IMG/VR virus record: IMGVR_UViG_3300025429_000060 | Coordinates: 1-28,772 of that record | DNA: 28,772 bases | Reading direction: 5' to 3' (one strand) | Source: a virus | Lineage: Duplodnaviria; Caudoviricetes | Shown: positions 28,558 through 28,772 of the stretch, piece after piece | Layout: the number at the start of each line of letters is the position of its first letter | Numbering within the stretch: position 1 is the stretch's first letter | The notes under the pieces: generated by a model | Seen by the model: the letters and a program-made list of their open reading frames with translations, nothing else | What the model was told of the DNA's origin: nothing | Databases searched by the model: none | Translations under genes and position numbers: made by a program

Positions 28558-28772
28558 AGTCCACTGCCTCCTGAACAAAGTAATAACCAACTACACCCAA
28601 TACAACCACCAGCACGACGATGAGGGCGGCTAGGAAAAACTCTTCTTGCTCTTTCTTTTGGGCCTTGGCGCGGTCTTCTGCGGCTTTGGCAGCAAACTTA
28701 TCGGCTGCATCCATCTTTCCAGCACGTTCGATAATCTTGTTCCAGACATCGACCTTGCCGACCTTCATGAAC
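28514..28772 (-). CDS. Partial membrane protein (coiled coil + C-terminal TM), likely continues beyond the window
   Basis: The frame is open to the window edge, with TM FFLAALIVVLVVVLGVVGYYF. Confidence 0.6.
   Translation of the reverse strand, partial: FMKVGKVDVWNKIIERAGKMDAADKFAAKAAEDRAKAQKKEQEEFFLAALIVVLVVVLGVVGYYFVQEAVDYAKANSRPAHHRKS

Overview
This window is a roughly 29 kb piece of a tailed-phage (Caudoviricetes, probably podovirus-like) genome or prophage with two convergent arms. The + strand (1-11438) has a tightly coupled run of small accessory ORFs followed by a replication/recombination module: VRR-NUC nuclease, family A DNA polymerase (Leu at the position equivalent to E. coli 762), Cas4-like PD-(D/E)XK exonuclease, HNH-like protein, SNF2 helicase, SSB-like protein, HTH protein and primase-DUF927 helicase. 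The - strand (28772-11432) has a lysis cassette (TM protein, Cys-rich lipoprotein, holin-like protein, Rz with embedded Rz1, GH19 endolysin), a tail nozzle/gp10-like protein and four large low-complexity internal-virion (ejection) proteins, the last a 2097-aa polyvalent-type protein. The most notable signals are (i) an unlisted 57-aa gene with its own Shine-Dalgarno, overprinted in the +1 frame inside the 2097-aa gene; (ii) a recurrent AxGG-type motif shared by three ejection proteins; (iii) exact short direct repeats bounding apparent modules, both in the small-ORF region and around a metallopeptidase-like domain; and (iv) codon-homogeneous Pro-Ala microsatellites. All protein family calls come from motif recognition by eye; no searches were run. 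No tRNA, rRNA, CRISPR array or integrase was seen.
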